A DNA stretch of 64,000 bases from a virus. Taxonomy: Duplodnaviria > Caudoviricetes. The position numbers were made by a program, and so were the translations under genes. How positions within the stretch are numbered: the stretch's first letter is position 1; each line of letters begins with the position of its first letter. This document shows positions 47,518 to 57,876 of this stretch, piece by piece. The notes under the pieces are model-generated. The model searched no databases. It saw only the letters and a list, made by a program, of their open reading frames with translations, and was not told where the DNA came from. Where the stretch lies: IMG/VR virus record IMGVR_UViG_3300020046_004224; one strand, written 5' to 3'.

Positions 47518-48687
47518 CTATTCATAGTCTCTAAATAATGCATTACAATAAGGAATGAGGGGCACTTTATAAACCGAATACTCTTGAAATTCCACTGTTA
47601 CCCACTTACCTATGTGTTTTTCACGATTTATCCATAATTCTGCCAATTCTTCCATAGTCCCACGGATATTTGATTCAAAAGTTTCTTTACCGTTGCCTGA
47701 TGTTTTAGGGAGTTTACATACAACTTTCTTCACCTTTCCGGCCCAATTTCCTTCACCTTCAATAAAGTCCACAACTTGAAATTCGGCATCTTCCATAGTC
47801 TTTAATTTGAGCATGAATCTACTTCTCTTATTTAGATAAGGAGCGTCTAGAACTTTGATAACAAGTCCTTCTCTCTTTTCGACAACAACATCATCCATCA
47901 TAGAAAGAATCTCTTCATATGAAGAAACTAGAGTATAATCATGTAAGATTATATATTTTCCATCTTTTAATAGTTGTCGTAATGCCAATTTACGTATGGC
48001 AAATCCCGTAGAGGGAACTATTTCATATTGATCGGTGTCCCTCGTTTCGAGATAACTAAAACCAAAACCGTCATAAACATGATACTGGATAATATCCTTT
48101 GCCCGTTGTCTGTCCTCTTCTGAAACATCTTTATCTTTACGATTGACACTTACAAGGGATGCGATTTTACTAAGCTCGTTTCTTAATGAGGGGTTGAATA
48201 ATTCGCCGTCCAATCGAAGATTTGGGAATTTTTCAAACAAAGGTTCCAACTCTTCCTTAATATGGTCAAGACAAAAGAATTCTTCACCTGTTCTGGAAAA
48301 TGCGCCCTCTTTGGTAATAGTGCAACGAATTCCGTTCAACTTATCCTCGACTGCAACTGGATATTTAATCTTATCCTGATATTTGGTAAACTTATCTGCC
48401 AACTGAACTTGAAAGAAAGTCTGTTCGTCAATCTTCGAAATATCTTCCTTATAATCTTCCTTGATTTTCTTTTTCCAGATTGCCTTAGCTTCTTTCAGAG
48501 CTTGTTCTTCGCCATTAGTTTCATTGGCTTTTCCTGGGTTTTTTCCATTACAATATGTTGGAAGTGTCGTTACTAATTGACCCTCCACTTGTCCATAGGT
48601 GGTTCGATACCAATTGGCTTCAATCTCTATCTCCCACTGCTGGATTGCACCTGTACTTGTTCTTGCGTATAATTTAGGTAATTTCAT
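47518..48687 (-). CDS. ATP-dependent DNA ligase
   Basis: KLNGIRC, SRTG, LDGELF, EGLVIK....Y..KRS...LKLK..EDAEF. Confidence 0.92.
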   Translation of the reverse strand: MKLPKLYARTSTGAIQQWEIEIEANWYRTTYGQVEGQLVTTLPTYCNGKNPGKANETNGEEQALKEAKAIWKKKIKEDYKEDISKIDEQTFFQVQLADKFTKYQDKIKYPVAVEDKLNGIRCTITKEGAFSRTGEEFFCLDHIKEELEPLFEKFPNLRLDGELFNPSLRNELSKIASLVSVNRKDKDVSEEDRQRAKDIIQYHVYDGFGFSYLETRDTDQYEIVPSTGFAIRKLALRQLLKDGKYIILHDYTLVSSYEEILSMMDDVVVEKREGLVIKVLDAPYLNKRSRFMLKLKTMEDAEFQVVDFIEGEGNWAGKVKKVVCKLPKTSGNGKETFESNIRGTMEELAELWINREKHIGKWVTVEFQEYSVYKVPLIPYCNALFRDYE

Positions 48688-49148
48688 AGTTTATATATTT
48701 TAACTTTTATTTCGGAATTTTCAAATGCAGCATCAATCATTTTGGAGACAACATAAAAATCTCCTCCTGCACGGTCGCAACCAATTTTGTAAGGCATTCC
48801 AATAGATGTAATATTATTCAGTTCACAATATTTTTTAATAAGTTCTAGACCTTTTTCAAATGCTTCATAGTTGAAATATTGCTTCGGCGGAGGACCGTAA
48901 TCATATTGTGCATATAGATTAAAAATATATCCGAGATTGTTTCTTGCAACAGAAAAGGTGCCAAGTTTATCAGTCAGTCCTTTATCAGTATTACAATCTG
49001 CATCATATGCTTCTGGAAAACTCTCGCGGATAGCTTTAGCCACCCCAGACCCCATCGTACATTGACAGTTCGCACAATGAATTATTCCCTCAACTTCTCC
49101 GTTTTTAAATCCCTTAATCAAACAACCATCTATATTTTCAGCTTTCAT
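48684..49148 (-). CDS. macrodomain ADP-ribosylhydrolase
   Basis: IIHCANC..TMGSGVAK.I...FP, NLYAQ, PYKIGC.RAGG. Confidence 0.88.
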   Translation of the reverse strand: MKAENIDGCLIKGFKNGEVEGIIHCANCQCTMGSGVAKAIRESFPEAYDADCNTDKGLTDKLGTFSVARNNLGYIFNLYAQYDYGPPPKQYFNYEAFEKGLELIKKYCELNNITSIGMPYKIGCDRAGGDFYVVSKMIDAAFENSEIKVKIYKL

Positions 49149-49151
49149 ATT

Positions 49152-49409
49152 TTAGGAATCTTTCTTTTTTGGTTTCACCTTCGACGGAATATCTTCCTCT
49201 TCTTTTTTCGATTTCAGATTTAGTTGAACATTTCCCAACATAGCCCTCACGGACTGTTTATCATAATTACTGACAATTAGAGGGTATTTAGGATTTGTGG
49301 TTCCTATACACATCTTATGACGTTTACATATAAAATGTAACTCCATCAAAAATTTATCAACTTCCTTGTTCGGAAGATTCTGTTTCTTTGCTATATCTAT
49401 ATACTTCAT
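49152..49409 (-). CDS. hypothetical protein
   Basis: ORF. Confidence 0.5.
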   Translation of the reverse strand: MKYIDIAKKQNLPNKEVDKFLMELHFICKRHKMCIGTTNPKYPLIVSNYDKQSVRAMLGNVQLNLKSKKEEEDIPSKVKPKKKDS

Positions 49410-49412
49410 AAA

Positions 49413-49826
49413 TTAAATTATAATCAAGCTATCACGGACCTCGATAATCTCCTTCATACTCTTCTGATCCCTGTCCCACATATGATCTTGTAAACTAAGA
49501 ATGTCATCCAATGAATGTTCTATCATAAATTTATCAAGTCCTTGTTCTTCGGGTACATCAGGAAAATTACTCCACATCTGATTTAGTTTATTATCCAGAA
49601 TAGGACGCTCCTCTTTGATCCAGTAATAAACGTCCTCTATCCGCTTCAAAATACTTTTATGACCCTCGTCATCTTCCCATATATTATTATCAATACCATT
49701 ATCAACCTCGACAAAATGTACAATCATCTTATAGAGAACATCTCGCATCAAATCCGGCATTTCAATTTTACGATTTGGGATTGAATTAACTAACCATCTT
49801 TGATTATTTTTAAATAATGAGAACAT
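49413..49826 (-). CDS. hypothetical protein
   Basis: ORF behind a TTGACA promoter. Confidence 0.6.
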   Translation of the reverse strand: MFSLFKNNQRWLVNSIPNRKIEMPDLMRDVLYKMIVHFVEVDNGIDNNIWEDDEGHKSILKRIEDVYYWIKEERPILDNKLNQMWSNFPDVPEEQGLDKFMIEHSLDDILSLQDHMWDRDQKSMKEIIEVRDSLIII

Positions 49827-49863
49827 GTATTACGATATAGGTGATTATTTTCTTGTCAACTCC

Positions 49864-50256
49864 TTATTTCTTTTTGATCTTCTGAAATTCGGAAAATGAC
49901 ATGCTATTCATATCATCTTTAAGCTGTTCCAATTCACTAGTTGTTAAAACATATTCTTCAACTTTGGGTTCTTGATATGCTGCGCTCCAAGGAGCCGGAA
50001 CTAAGTTTCCATCACGATGTTGCATATTTACAAGGACAACAGCAGGAGATTTTTCAATATATTTAACATTTGAATAATATTGCTCTTCTGTTATTTTTGA
50101 TCCTATTGGAATATTTTTAAATGCGGTCATATCCACATCTTTTTCTCCAAGTTTATCAATCCACTGAGTAACTGTTAATTTCTCAGGAAATGGATAGTTG
50201 TTCCAATATGCACTTAGATTTGCGCCTTTACGTAGAGATGATCCTTTGCCAGCCAT
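49864..50256 (-). CDS. hypothetical protein
   Basis: MAGKGS start behind TTGACA-16-TATAAT. Confidence 0.55.
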   Translation of the reverse strand: MAGKGSSLRKGANLSAYWNNYPFPEKLTVTQWIDKLGEKDVDMTAFKNIPIGSKITEEQYYSNVKYIEKSPAVVLVNMQHRDGNLVPAPWSAAYQEPKVEEYVLTTSELEQLKDDMNSMSFSEFQKIKKK

Positions 50257-50331
50257 AATATCATTATTATACATGTTAAAAAGTTCATGTCAAGGGTTGA
50301 CATAGAAAAATAGTGATTTATAGTGGATGAT

Positions 50332-51132
50332 ATGATAAACAAGCCATATAAATTTAAGCGAGAAGATTTTGATCAAATTCTCTTTACATCAGACACACAC
50401 TATAATCATGCACCTAAATGGGATATACCCCTTTGTAAGCGCAGAGGTTTTGATAGCTTAGAGGACCATGATAAATGGTTAGAGGATCAATACTTGAAGG
50501 TATCTAATAAATCGATTATATTTCATTTGGGTGATGTGGCCTTAAACACCACTCCTCTAAAAACTCTACAACTATTCAATAAAACTTTAGCTCCAATTTG
50601 GTTTATTTTTGGTAATCATTTTTCACCTGATTATTCGCTGTATAAAAGTGCAATGAATCAATGGTTATTTAGAAATGTTGTCGGAGATGATAGTATTACG
50701 GGGTTTAACGTAGAGTCATCACTACAATATGAAATATACCCTTTTCATATTAACCGATTCGTTGATCTAAATATAGGGCAATTCCGAACTATTGGCACTC
50801 CTCCTAAATATTTCGTAGATGGTAATCCTGGCGCATCTATTAATAATTATACATTAACTTATCTTGGGATTCAAGCAAATATCCAAATCGATAAAACCCT
50901 TATTCAGCTTTCGCATATGTGCCCAAAAATATGGACAAGAGGTGCAATAAGTTTATTTGGGCACAGTCACGGAGAACTTGAAGGCGTACAACCAGAAGAT
51001 ACCGAAATGAAACTCTTGGATTGTGGTGTTGAAAATTCAATAAAATATAATAATTCCGCATTCTTCACATTTGAGGAAATTCAAGATATTATGTCTAAAA
51101 AATCAAATAAAACTTTTGATACCCATAGTTAA
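50332..51132 (+). CDS. calcineurin-like metallophosphoesterase
   Basis: SDTH, HLGD, GNH, SH, GHSH. Confidence 0.88.
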   Translation: MINKPYKFKREDFDQILFTSDTHYNHAPKWDIPLCKRRGFDSLEDHDKWLEDQYLKVSNKSIIFHLGDVALNTTPLKTLQLFNKTLAPIWFIFGNHFSPDYSLYKSAMNQWLFRNVVGDDSITGFNVESSLQYEIYPFHINRFVDLNIGQFRTIGTPPKYFVDGNPGASINNYTLTYLGIQANIQIDKTLIQLSHMCPKIWTRGAISLFGHSHGELEGVQPEDTEMKLLDCGVENSIKYNNSAFFTFEEIQDIMSKKSNKTFDTHS

Positions 51133-51133
51133 A

Positions 51134-51355
51134 ATGAGAACAGACCAAGAAATTATAGATCAAACAAATAAATTAGCCCGTATTCTTTATAGAATACACG
51201 GTTATGTGGTAGACGTGAACTTTAAATTCTATCTATCAAAACATCCTCATGAACTACAAGCATGGCACGGTGCATGTGAGGCACAATCATTGTTGACGGA
51301 TACCAATCCATATAATGCACTCGACAATCTGGATATCGAGTATAGTATGAAGTAA
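51134..51355 (+). CDS. hypothetical protein
   Basis: ORF. Confidence 0.5.
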   Translation: MRTDQEIIDQTNKLARILYRIHGYVVDVNFKFYLSKHPHELQAWHGACEAQSLLTDTNPYNALDNLDIEYSMK

Positions 51356-51356
51356 T

Positions 51357-51581
51357 ATGAACGAGGAAGAACTATTAAAACGTCTAAAAGATGCTGATAG
51401 TGCAATAAGAGATTGTATTGCATGGGCGAATGGACGGCAATATGAATGGGGTGATAGAGCGGAAAATGCATTTCAATTTCTTGAAAATTATGAGAATAAA
51501 TATCCAACGATTCCCGTAATTAAAGAAACTTATGAATATTATCCACTGGACAATTCCAATTCTTCGACTATGATAGATTAA
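51357..51581 (+). CDS. hypothetical protein
   Basis: ORF. Confidence 0.5.
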   Translation: MNEEELLKRLKDADSAIRDCIAWANGRQYEWGDRAENAFQFLENYENKYPTIPVIKETYEYYPLDNSNSSTMID

Positions 51582-52021
51582 TGAACGACACTTGGATAAA
51601 ATCTTTCGGAAAATTACAGATCACGGATAATGCTATCCGTGTTTCTGTTTCCATGGATTTTATCCAGTATTACAAACAGTTTGTTGATAAACAATTTCGT
51701 ATTTTCAGTCACTATCCCGCCCATGGTGGGCATATTACCCTGACTCAAATAAAGGTTAATAAATCTTTTGGCTATAAATCATATAAACATTTATCCGGTA
51801 AAATCATAAACTTTGAATATAATCCTGACATTATTGTCGGTGGTCAGACCAAAGGATTTATGAATTTCTGGATGAAGGTTCGTAGTGCCGAAATCGACAA
51901 ACTTATGAAAGATTTAGGAATTGTTCAAAATCTACACCTGACTATCAGCAATACAAAGGGTGGGATCAGACCTTATATTTGGGAAACCCCTAAAATCAAC
52001 AAAGACCTTAAACCAAATTAA
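51581..52021 (+). CDS. 2H phosphoesterase-like protein
   Basis: two HxT motifs (GHIT, LHLT). Confidence 0.7.
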   Translation: MNDTWIKSFGKLQITDNAIRVSVSMDFIQYYKQFVDKQFRIFSHYPAHGGHITLTQIKVNKSFGYKSYKHLSGKIINFEYNPDIIVGGQTKGFMNFWMKVRSAEIDKLMKDLGIVQNLHLTISNTKGGIRPYIWETPKINKDLKPN

Positions 52022-52024
52022 TAA

Positions 52025-52819
52025 ATGAGTTATAAACCTACATTACTAATCGAACCTGATCTGTTCTATGAAGATGAGATACAAGACACTAAAGCCGTGA
52101 TGTCAAAATACTTCGAAATCGAAGAGATAGACCCATCACGGCTACAAGTCCCTTCATTGGTTGGAAAAGAGTTCAGAACGAGCTTAAACATGGCAAGGCG
52201 GATGCTTGTATGTACGAAACCATATGACTGTACTTCATGGGTTCCCCATTTGCGGGAATTTATGATTTCGCCAAGTACTCTCCAATTTAATGAATTAGGA
52301 TTTTTCAATTCATTCTTTTCGGATTACAACTATCCTGTGTTTATACGACCAAACAACGGTTATAAAACATTCAGCGGACAAGTCTTTTATTCAAAGGAAG
52401 AATTCGATAAAGAATATAAATGGTTAAAACAACAAAATGTTGGTGATGACTTACTGTGTATGTTCAATGATAATTGTAAAATACTTGAACGGGAATATAG
52501 ATGCGTATTCATTGATCATAAATTCGTTGACATGTCTAGATATATGGCATATGGGGATAAGGATGTCGTGTATGAACACAATCCCAATGTTCAAAAGTTT
52601 GCAGAGACTATAATGAATAAACTAGTGAATAATGGGTTCGCATTGAATATTCCTAATATAGTTATTGATATTGCTATCAACGAATCCGATTGTTCTGTGG
52701 TGTATCCGCGTTTAAAATTGATCGAGATAAACATGTTTGAGACTGCAAGTTTTTATGCATGTGATTTGGATAAAATCTACAGTGCATGGCAACAACAAAT
52801 TTTTAAATCTTATGAATAA
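52025..52819 (+). CDS. ATP-grasp domain protein (R2K/DUF4343-like)
   Basis: FIRP..G.K.F.GQ, EYRC, VIDIA, LIEIN....A.FY. Confidence 0.8.
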   Translation: MSYKPTLLIEPDLFYEDEIQDTKAVMSKYFEIEEIDPSRLQVPSLVGKEFRTSLNMARRMLVCTKPYDCTSWVPHLREFMISPSTLQFNELGFFNSFFSDYNYPVFIRPNNGYKTFSGQVFYSKEEFDKEYKWLKQQNVGDDLLCMFNDNCKILEREYRCVFIDHKFVDMSRYMAYGDKDVVYEHNPNVQKFAETIMNKLVNNGFALNIPNIVIDIAINESDCSVVYPRLKLIEINMFETASFYACDLDKIYSAWQQQIFKSYE

Positions 52820-53441
52820 TATACCAAATAATATAAATGATAATCCATGGGGATACGTCCTCAAAAACAATGTACTCGGTTTCTATACCGGGATTTTCTC
52901 ACAATGGTATGGGTCATATAAGAATCAATCGGCACCATTCACTATTCATCTAGATGAATTTACTCGATTATATCTTTTTGGGGAAGATTACTATGCGGAT
53001 GTTCAAAAATTCTTCGATTATTATGATCAACCGGATAAACCCATTCAACTAAGTTTCACCACTGCTGAACAAGCAATGATGTTTGGTAAGGCTGTTCTTT
53101 TTCACGACTATGAAACGGCTGATAAACTTCTCAAAACGAATGATGCAAAGACTCAAAAAGAATTAGGGCGGGCAGTTAAAAATTACGATGATAAAATATG
53201 GTCAAAACAGCGTCTACGTTGGGTCACTAAAGTCAACTATCATAAATTTAGTCAAAATCCCGAATTGAAAAACTTCTTGGTTAATACGTGTAAGAATTAC
53301 ATATTAGTAGAAGCGTCTAAAGACCTCATATGGGGATGTGGTTCATTATTATATGATGATTGTACATTTAACGTTGATGCGTGGACAGGACAGAATCTTT
53401 TAGGTCAAGCGTTAACGAATGTCAGGGAACAATTGTCTTAA
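52812..53441 (+). CDS. NADAR (YbiA-like) protein
   Basis: FSQW, TAEQ.MM..KA.LF.D, K.LGR.V.N, KFSQN, VEAS.D.IWG.G, GQNLLG. Confidence 0.92.
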   Translation: MNNIPNNINDNPWGYVLKNNVLGFYTGIFSQWYGSYKNQSAPFTIHLDEFTRLYLFGEDYYADVQKFFDYYDQPDKPIQLSFTTAEQAMMFGKAVLFHDYETADKLLKTNDAKTQKELGRAVKNYDDKIWSKQRLRWVTKVNYHKFSQNPELKNFLVNTCKNYILVEASKDLIWGCGSLLYDDCTFNVDAWTGQNLLGQALTNVREQLS

Positions 53442-54368
53442 TAAACATTCCAACTCTTTCTTTAAGTTCTGTTTATAATTTATCCGAAAAATAGGTATGC
53501 TGTTGTTCAAACAATACTCATTTTTTAAAACATCTACACGTTTTATAATTTTTAGGTATTCATCACCTCCCCAATATGGGATACTTTCAAAATGATGCTT
53601 TCCATCATACTCTATAACAGTATTGATTTCATTTAAATAAAAATCAAAACGAAATGGCCGATTCGTCAGAGGATTCTTAAAATCTTCAAATGTTTTCTGT
53701 GATGTGAATTGAATTCTTCTCTTCGATAATATATCATTTATATATTTTTCAGATTTCGAGTATGTATTACATACCGGACACCCCTTCGCACATGATATAT
53801 GATTATTAGGATTCTGAACAAAGACTCCATGCTTTCTGCATATTATTGGTAATTTCGTCTTATATCCGATATACTCTTTAATTAAAGAGTAATCATATAA
53901 ATCTCCGTGAATTTCTTCGGCTTTTTTTAAAAATCCGCTCACACCTAAACAACTCATATCATAAACCCTCTTCTTGGTACATGCTGGACATCCCGAACCT
54001 TTGTGGTGGTTCCATGCAAAAACATTGAAATCACCATGTAACGGGCAAGTTACTACAACACGGTGTTTAGCAGAAATATATAATGTTTTACTGTAATCAT
54101 AAAAATCAGCATGTCGCAATTTACATTTTTCAAGAAATTCGTTATTTGTTAAACTATGTACCTTACTAATATTGTCGTTTTTACATAAAGGGCACCCCCG
54201 ACCAGCCATATGATGATCACCCCTCTGCGAAAATATACCATGGGGTTTACATAGTATATCAACTTTCTTCATAACACCAGAAAATACCACCCTCGAATAA
54301 TCATACCTGTCACCATGTATTATTTTACATCTTTCTATAAATGTATCTCTATTTAATTTTTTACTCAC
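53412..54368 (-). CDS. homing endonuclease (DUF723-type repeats + Vsr-like)
   Basis: three HG..YDYS...C..HG.F....H..G.GCP.C repeats; FDFYL.....IEYDG..H. Confidence 0.85.
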   Translation of the reverse strand: MSKKLNRDTFIERCKIIHGDRYDYSRVVFSGVMKKVDILCKPHGIFSQRGDHHMAGRGCPLCKNDNISKVHSLTNNEFLEKCKLRHADFYDYSKTLYISAKHRVVVTCPLHGDFNVFAWNHHKGSGCPACTKKRVYDMSCLGVSGFLKKAEEIHGDLYDYSLIKEYIGYKTKLPIICRKHGVFVQNPNNHISCAKGCPVCNTYSKSEKYINDILSKRRIQFTSQKTFEDFKNPLTNRPFRFDFYLNEINTVIEYDGKHHFESIPYWGGDEYLKIIKRVDVLKNEYCLNNSIPIFRINYKQNLKKELECLLRQLFPDIR

Positions 54369-54481
54369 AATACTATTTACCAAATAGTGTCTCAAAAATC
54401 AAACCCCATATTGTATCTCTTCATAGTTTTTAAGCAACAGAACGGACTTGACAGTTTTATATTGTGGAGTAGTGTATAACT

Positions 54482-55546
54482 ATGTGGGAATCTGAATACA
54501 TACCTAAAAATCCAAATCCATTACTTTCGAGAGATGATTTTAGAGAGGGGGTCTTTAAAAGGGACAATCATACCTGCATCATGTGTCAAAATCCCGCGCA
54601 AGATGCCCACCATATTTTAGAAAGAAGACTCTTTTCAGATGGTGGTTACTACATTTCGAACGGCGCATCTTTATGTGGTGAATGTCACCTGAAAGCCGAA
54701 ACTACCGAGATTTCAGTTGAGGAAATTCGTGAAAAATTAGGAATAAAAAAGAAGGTTCTTCCTCCACATTTATATACAGATGTAATCTATACCAAGTGGG
54801 GCGATACCATTCTATCTAATGGTATGAGGACTCCTGGTGAATTGTTCCACGACGAAAGTGTTCAAAAAGTTCTAAAGGCTGGTAATATGTTGGATCGCTA
54901 TACGCAATACATTAAGTACCCAAGGACGTATCACGTTCCGTATAGTGGATATATAGGGGAAGATGACCGGATTCAAAATGATATGTCCATTTTTAAAGGA
55001 GATATAGTCGTCACAGAAAAACTTGACGGTGAAAATACAACAATGTATAACGATCATATTCATGCTCGTAGTGTTGATGGAAATAGTCATTGGACTCAAT
55101 CGTATGTTAAACAACTTCATTCAACCATAGCATATGATATCCCGAAAAATTTTAGAATATGTGGTGAGAATATGTTCGCCAAACACTCAATAAAGTATGA
55201 TAATTTAAAGTCATATTTTTATGTTTTCAGCATTTGGAATGAAAAGAATATATGTCTTTCTTGGGATGATACATGTGAATGGGCGGCACTATTCGGTTTA
55301 GCAACTGTTCCTGTTCTATATCGTGGACAATGGGACGATTCTCCTGAAAAATTACACAAACATATTTGGGAGAAAAAGATTGACGAAACCCGACATGAAG
55401 GCTATGTTATAAGAAATGCGGGCGAATTCTCATACGGTCAATTCCGAACAAATACAATGAAATATGTGCGTAAAAATCATGTCACTTCGGCATCGCATTG
55501 GAAATTTAGCAACATAGAACAGAACGAATTACAACATGACAACTAA
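54482..55546 (+). CDS. HNH-RNA ligase fusion
   Basis: C..C....DAHHI.ER...C..CH; KYPRT.H, TEKLDGEN, GEN, EGYV.R, KYVR. Confidence 0.85.
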   Translation: MWESEYIPKNPNPLLSRDDFREGVFKRDNHTCIMCQNPAQDAHHILERRLFSDGGYYISNGASLCGECHLKAETTEISVEEIREKLGIKKKVLPPHLYTDVIYTKWGDTILSNGMRTPGELFHDESVQKVLKAGNMLDRYTQYIKYPRTYHVPYSGYIGEDDRIQNDMSIFKGDIVVTEKLDGENTTMYNDHIHARSVDGNSHWTQSYVKQLHSTIAYDIPKNFRICGENMFAKHSIKYDNLKSYFYVFSIWNEKNICLSWDDTCEWAALFGLATVPVLYRGQWDDSPEKLHKHIWEKKIDETRHEGYVIRNAGEFSYGQFRTNTMKYVRKNHVTSASHWKFSNIEQNELQHDN

Positions 55547-55784
55547 ACAAACAATCTCTGAATGGTACGATAAAGGTGTTGAGGACGGGCATATATTCAT
55601 GTTTATCATGTGTGATACATATGACTGGGAAGATTATCCTAAATATGCGAGTACTTTGGAGGACGCCTATATCATATATACAAATTTTCCATCAAATATG
55701 CAAAAAATTATGGAAATATATGATCTTCGAAAAGACAAACAAAAACAACTTAATACACACTTAAATATGTGTGAAATAGAATAA
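55536..55784 (+). CDS. hypothetical protein
   Basis: CDT.D.EDYP motif. Confidence 0.55.
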   Translation: MTTKQTISEWYDKGVEDGHIFMFIMCDTYDWEDYPKYASTLEDAYIIYTNFPSNMQKIMEIYDLRKDKQKQLNTHLNMCEIE

Positions 55785-55787
55785 TAT

Positions 55788-56246
55788 ATGAATACACTAA
55801 AAATATTTATGGGGATTCCAGGTTCAGGTAAGACCACTAGAGCAAAGAAAATCGCGAATGTGGTTTTTGAGGCTGATAATTATTGGCTCAACTGTGTTGG
55901 CGAATATCTCTTTGTTCCTACAAAGATAGGCCAAGCTCATCAATGGTGTCAGTCCGAAGTGAGAAAAGCGATGGAAGATGGTAAAACTTCTATCGCAGTT
56001 GCGAATACATCACTAACTCCCAAGGAGCGCAAACCATATATCGATCTTGCAAAAGAATTTGGGTATGAGGTTTCTCTCGAACTTCCCGATTCTCCTTGGT
56101 TCCTTGAAATCCTTCCACGTCTTCGCGATAAGACCTTTACAGATGATGATGTGTGGACTTTTGTCAGAAAAAATACTCACGGAGTTCCGTTCGATTCTAT
56201 CAAAAATATGATGAATCGTTGGGACGAAACTTTTAATATAGAATAA
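55788..56246 (+). CDS. polynucleotide kinase-like P-loop protein (AAA_33)
   Basis: MGIPGSGKTT, EAD, AH.WCQ, V.NT, NTHGVP. Confidence 0.85.
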   Translation: MNTLKIFMGIPGSGKTTRAKKIANVVFEADNYWLNCVGEYLFVPTKIGQAHQWCQSEVRKAMEDGKTSIAVANTSLTPKERKPYIDLAKEFGYEVSLELPDSPWFLEILPRLRDKTFTDDDVWTFVRKNTHGVPFDSIKNMMNRWDETFNIE

Positions 56247-56416
56247 AATGAAATACCAACCACCATTCAATCTAGAGATTTATGAACTAGGTGGATGGCA
56301 CAGCATAGACGTTATACACGAATTAGAGGATGCACTTTATGTTGCATCCTCTTTTTGTAATAGCCTCGAAGGTCTTCCAGAAGAGAAGGTTCGGTTAATC
56401 GATTATAACAATCATG

Positions 56417-56959
56417 TTATATAGTCCAATGAACCTTCTCTGAGAACGGATTGGAAAATATGAACCTGTTCGATGTGAACGTTTTCCCAATTAGATCACA
56501 TTCCATATCAGTATAAAAATGTCCTGTTCCTTTTCTTGCATAAAAAATGGTGCAATGTGGGTGGTATACCGGAAATGAATTCCCTGGACAGTCGAGAGTA
56601 TCAACAATATGGTTATGTATGTCGTGTAAATCTTTTGATAGGATGTCAAATTTAACCACATCAAACTTCTCGTTTTCAAATAACGATATCCCTTTAAATC
56701 TAAATTTAACAGGATACAGTTCTGCTGCATTATAGACATCCATAGGCGTGTATTCGGCGTCTATACCATAACAGGCAGTAACATGTGTTTCCGTCTCGAT
56801 ACCGTGCCCTGGTTCGTCATCATAGACATCACACGGGCATATCTGCTCCTGCATCTCGGTTACTTCTTCACTCCACTCACTTAAATCTAACATAAGACAT
56901 GAATACTTTCGTATTGCAGAGCCTTCTTCTAGTATATTTATCAATTCATCTAATTTCAT
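56417..56959 (-). CDS. 2H phosphodiesterase, Acb1/T4 57B-like
   Basis: E.ETHVT.CYG ... YHPHCTI.Y. Confidence 0.75.
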   Translation of the reverse strand: MKLDELINILEEGSAIRKYSCLMLDLSEWSEEVTEMQEQICPCDVYDDEPGHGIETETHVTACYGIDAEYTPMDVYNAAELYPVKFRFKGISLFENEKFDVVKFDILSKDLHDIHNHIVDTLDCPGNSFPVYHPHCTIFYARKGTGHFYTDMECDLIGKTFTSNRFIFSNPFSEKVHWTI

Positions 56960-57873
56960 TTTTTATTAGTATTTTTTCTAAACTCTATTACCTGTTGGGG
57001 CCATAGATATGTCAACAAAGTACTATCGTTCTCCTTTGATAAGATTTCAAGTAATTCGTTCTTGTCTTCCTCTACAGACCCTCCTTGAGGAAATCGTTTT
57101 TGTAACTTATTAAGGAAATCATCTAATTTGAATTCGTCTCTCGGTTTTAGAATTCGTCCTTTTAATTGGGTATCATCGTCAATCGTTCTACTTCCTCTGT
57201 AATCATATTTTTGTATTTTATCCTTATCGCCGTATTCTTTTAGGAAATCTCTTCTCGACAATCGTCTAAAGGTAGAAAATCTAGAATCTTTGTCAGGAGT
57301 AGGATTGACCCATACTGCTCGTATGGAATTAGGATCAAGCTCTCCTATAAACAGAGCTTGATTTTCTGTATTATTAAATAGAGTTTCAGCAAGATCGGGA
57401 CGATCACTCTTTGATATTGCATCGTTTTTATGTTTTTTCAAATCTGCTACTCTCTTCAATCTGTGTAATTCTCTATCATTATCATCCGAGAAATATTGAG
57501 ACATCTGCCCCTGAACTGTGTAACCACCTCCAGGCCATACGGGGGCTTCTAGATCGGATGTGCTAGTATGAAATTCTATAACACATTGTCCAAATTCCTT
57601 TGCCGTATCCAATGAGAGACTGACAAACAAACCTTTCGGATTGTTATTTGTTTCGTATGAGTACACTCTACTTGGTCGTTCCTTTCCAGACAACCCATAT
57701 TTAACAGTTCTGATAGCATCCACCATATCGCGAAATCCGTGATATACTCGTATAGTCTTATCACCCGCCAAAGGCGCATAATCAGAGGGATACGGATTTC
57801 GAAATGGCCTTTTGCTTCTAACAGGGAGAACATCTGCTTCCACCAATAATTTATATAATTCTTGAAACTTCAT
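56956..57873 (-). CDS. hypothetical protein, possible ADP-ribosyltransferase-like fold
   Basis: RVYHG, GLFVSLS...AKEFG, E.Q. Confidence 0.45.
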   Translation of the reverse strand: MKFQELYKLLVEADVLPVRSKRPFRNPYPSDYAPLAGDKTIRVYHGFRDMVDAIRTVKYGLSGKERPSRVYSYETNNNPKGLFVSLSLDTAKEFGQCVIEFHTSTSDLEAPVWPGGGYTVQGQMSQYFSDDNDRELHRLKRVADLKKHKNDAISKSDRPDLAETLFNNTENQALFIGELDPNSIRAVWVNPTPDKDSRFSTFRRLSRRDFLKEYGDKDKIQKYDYRGSRTIDDDTQLKGRILKPRDEFKLDDFLNKLQKRFPQGGSVEEDKNELLEILSKENDSTLLTYLWPQQVIEFRKNTNKK

Positions 57874-57876
57874 ATA

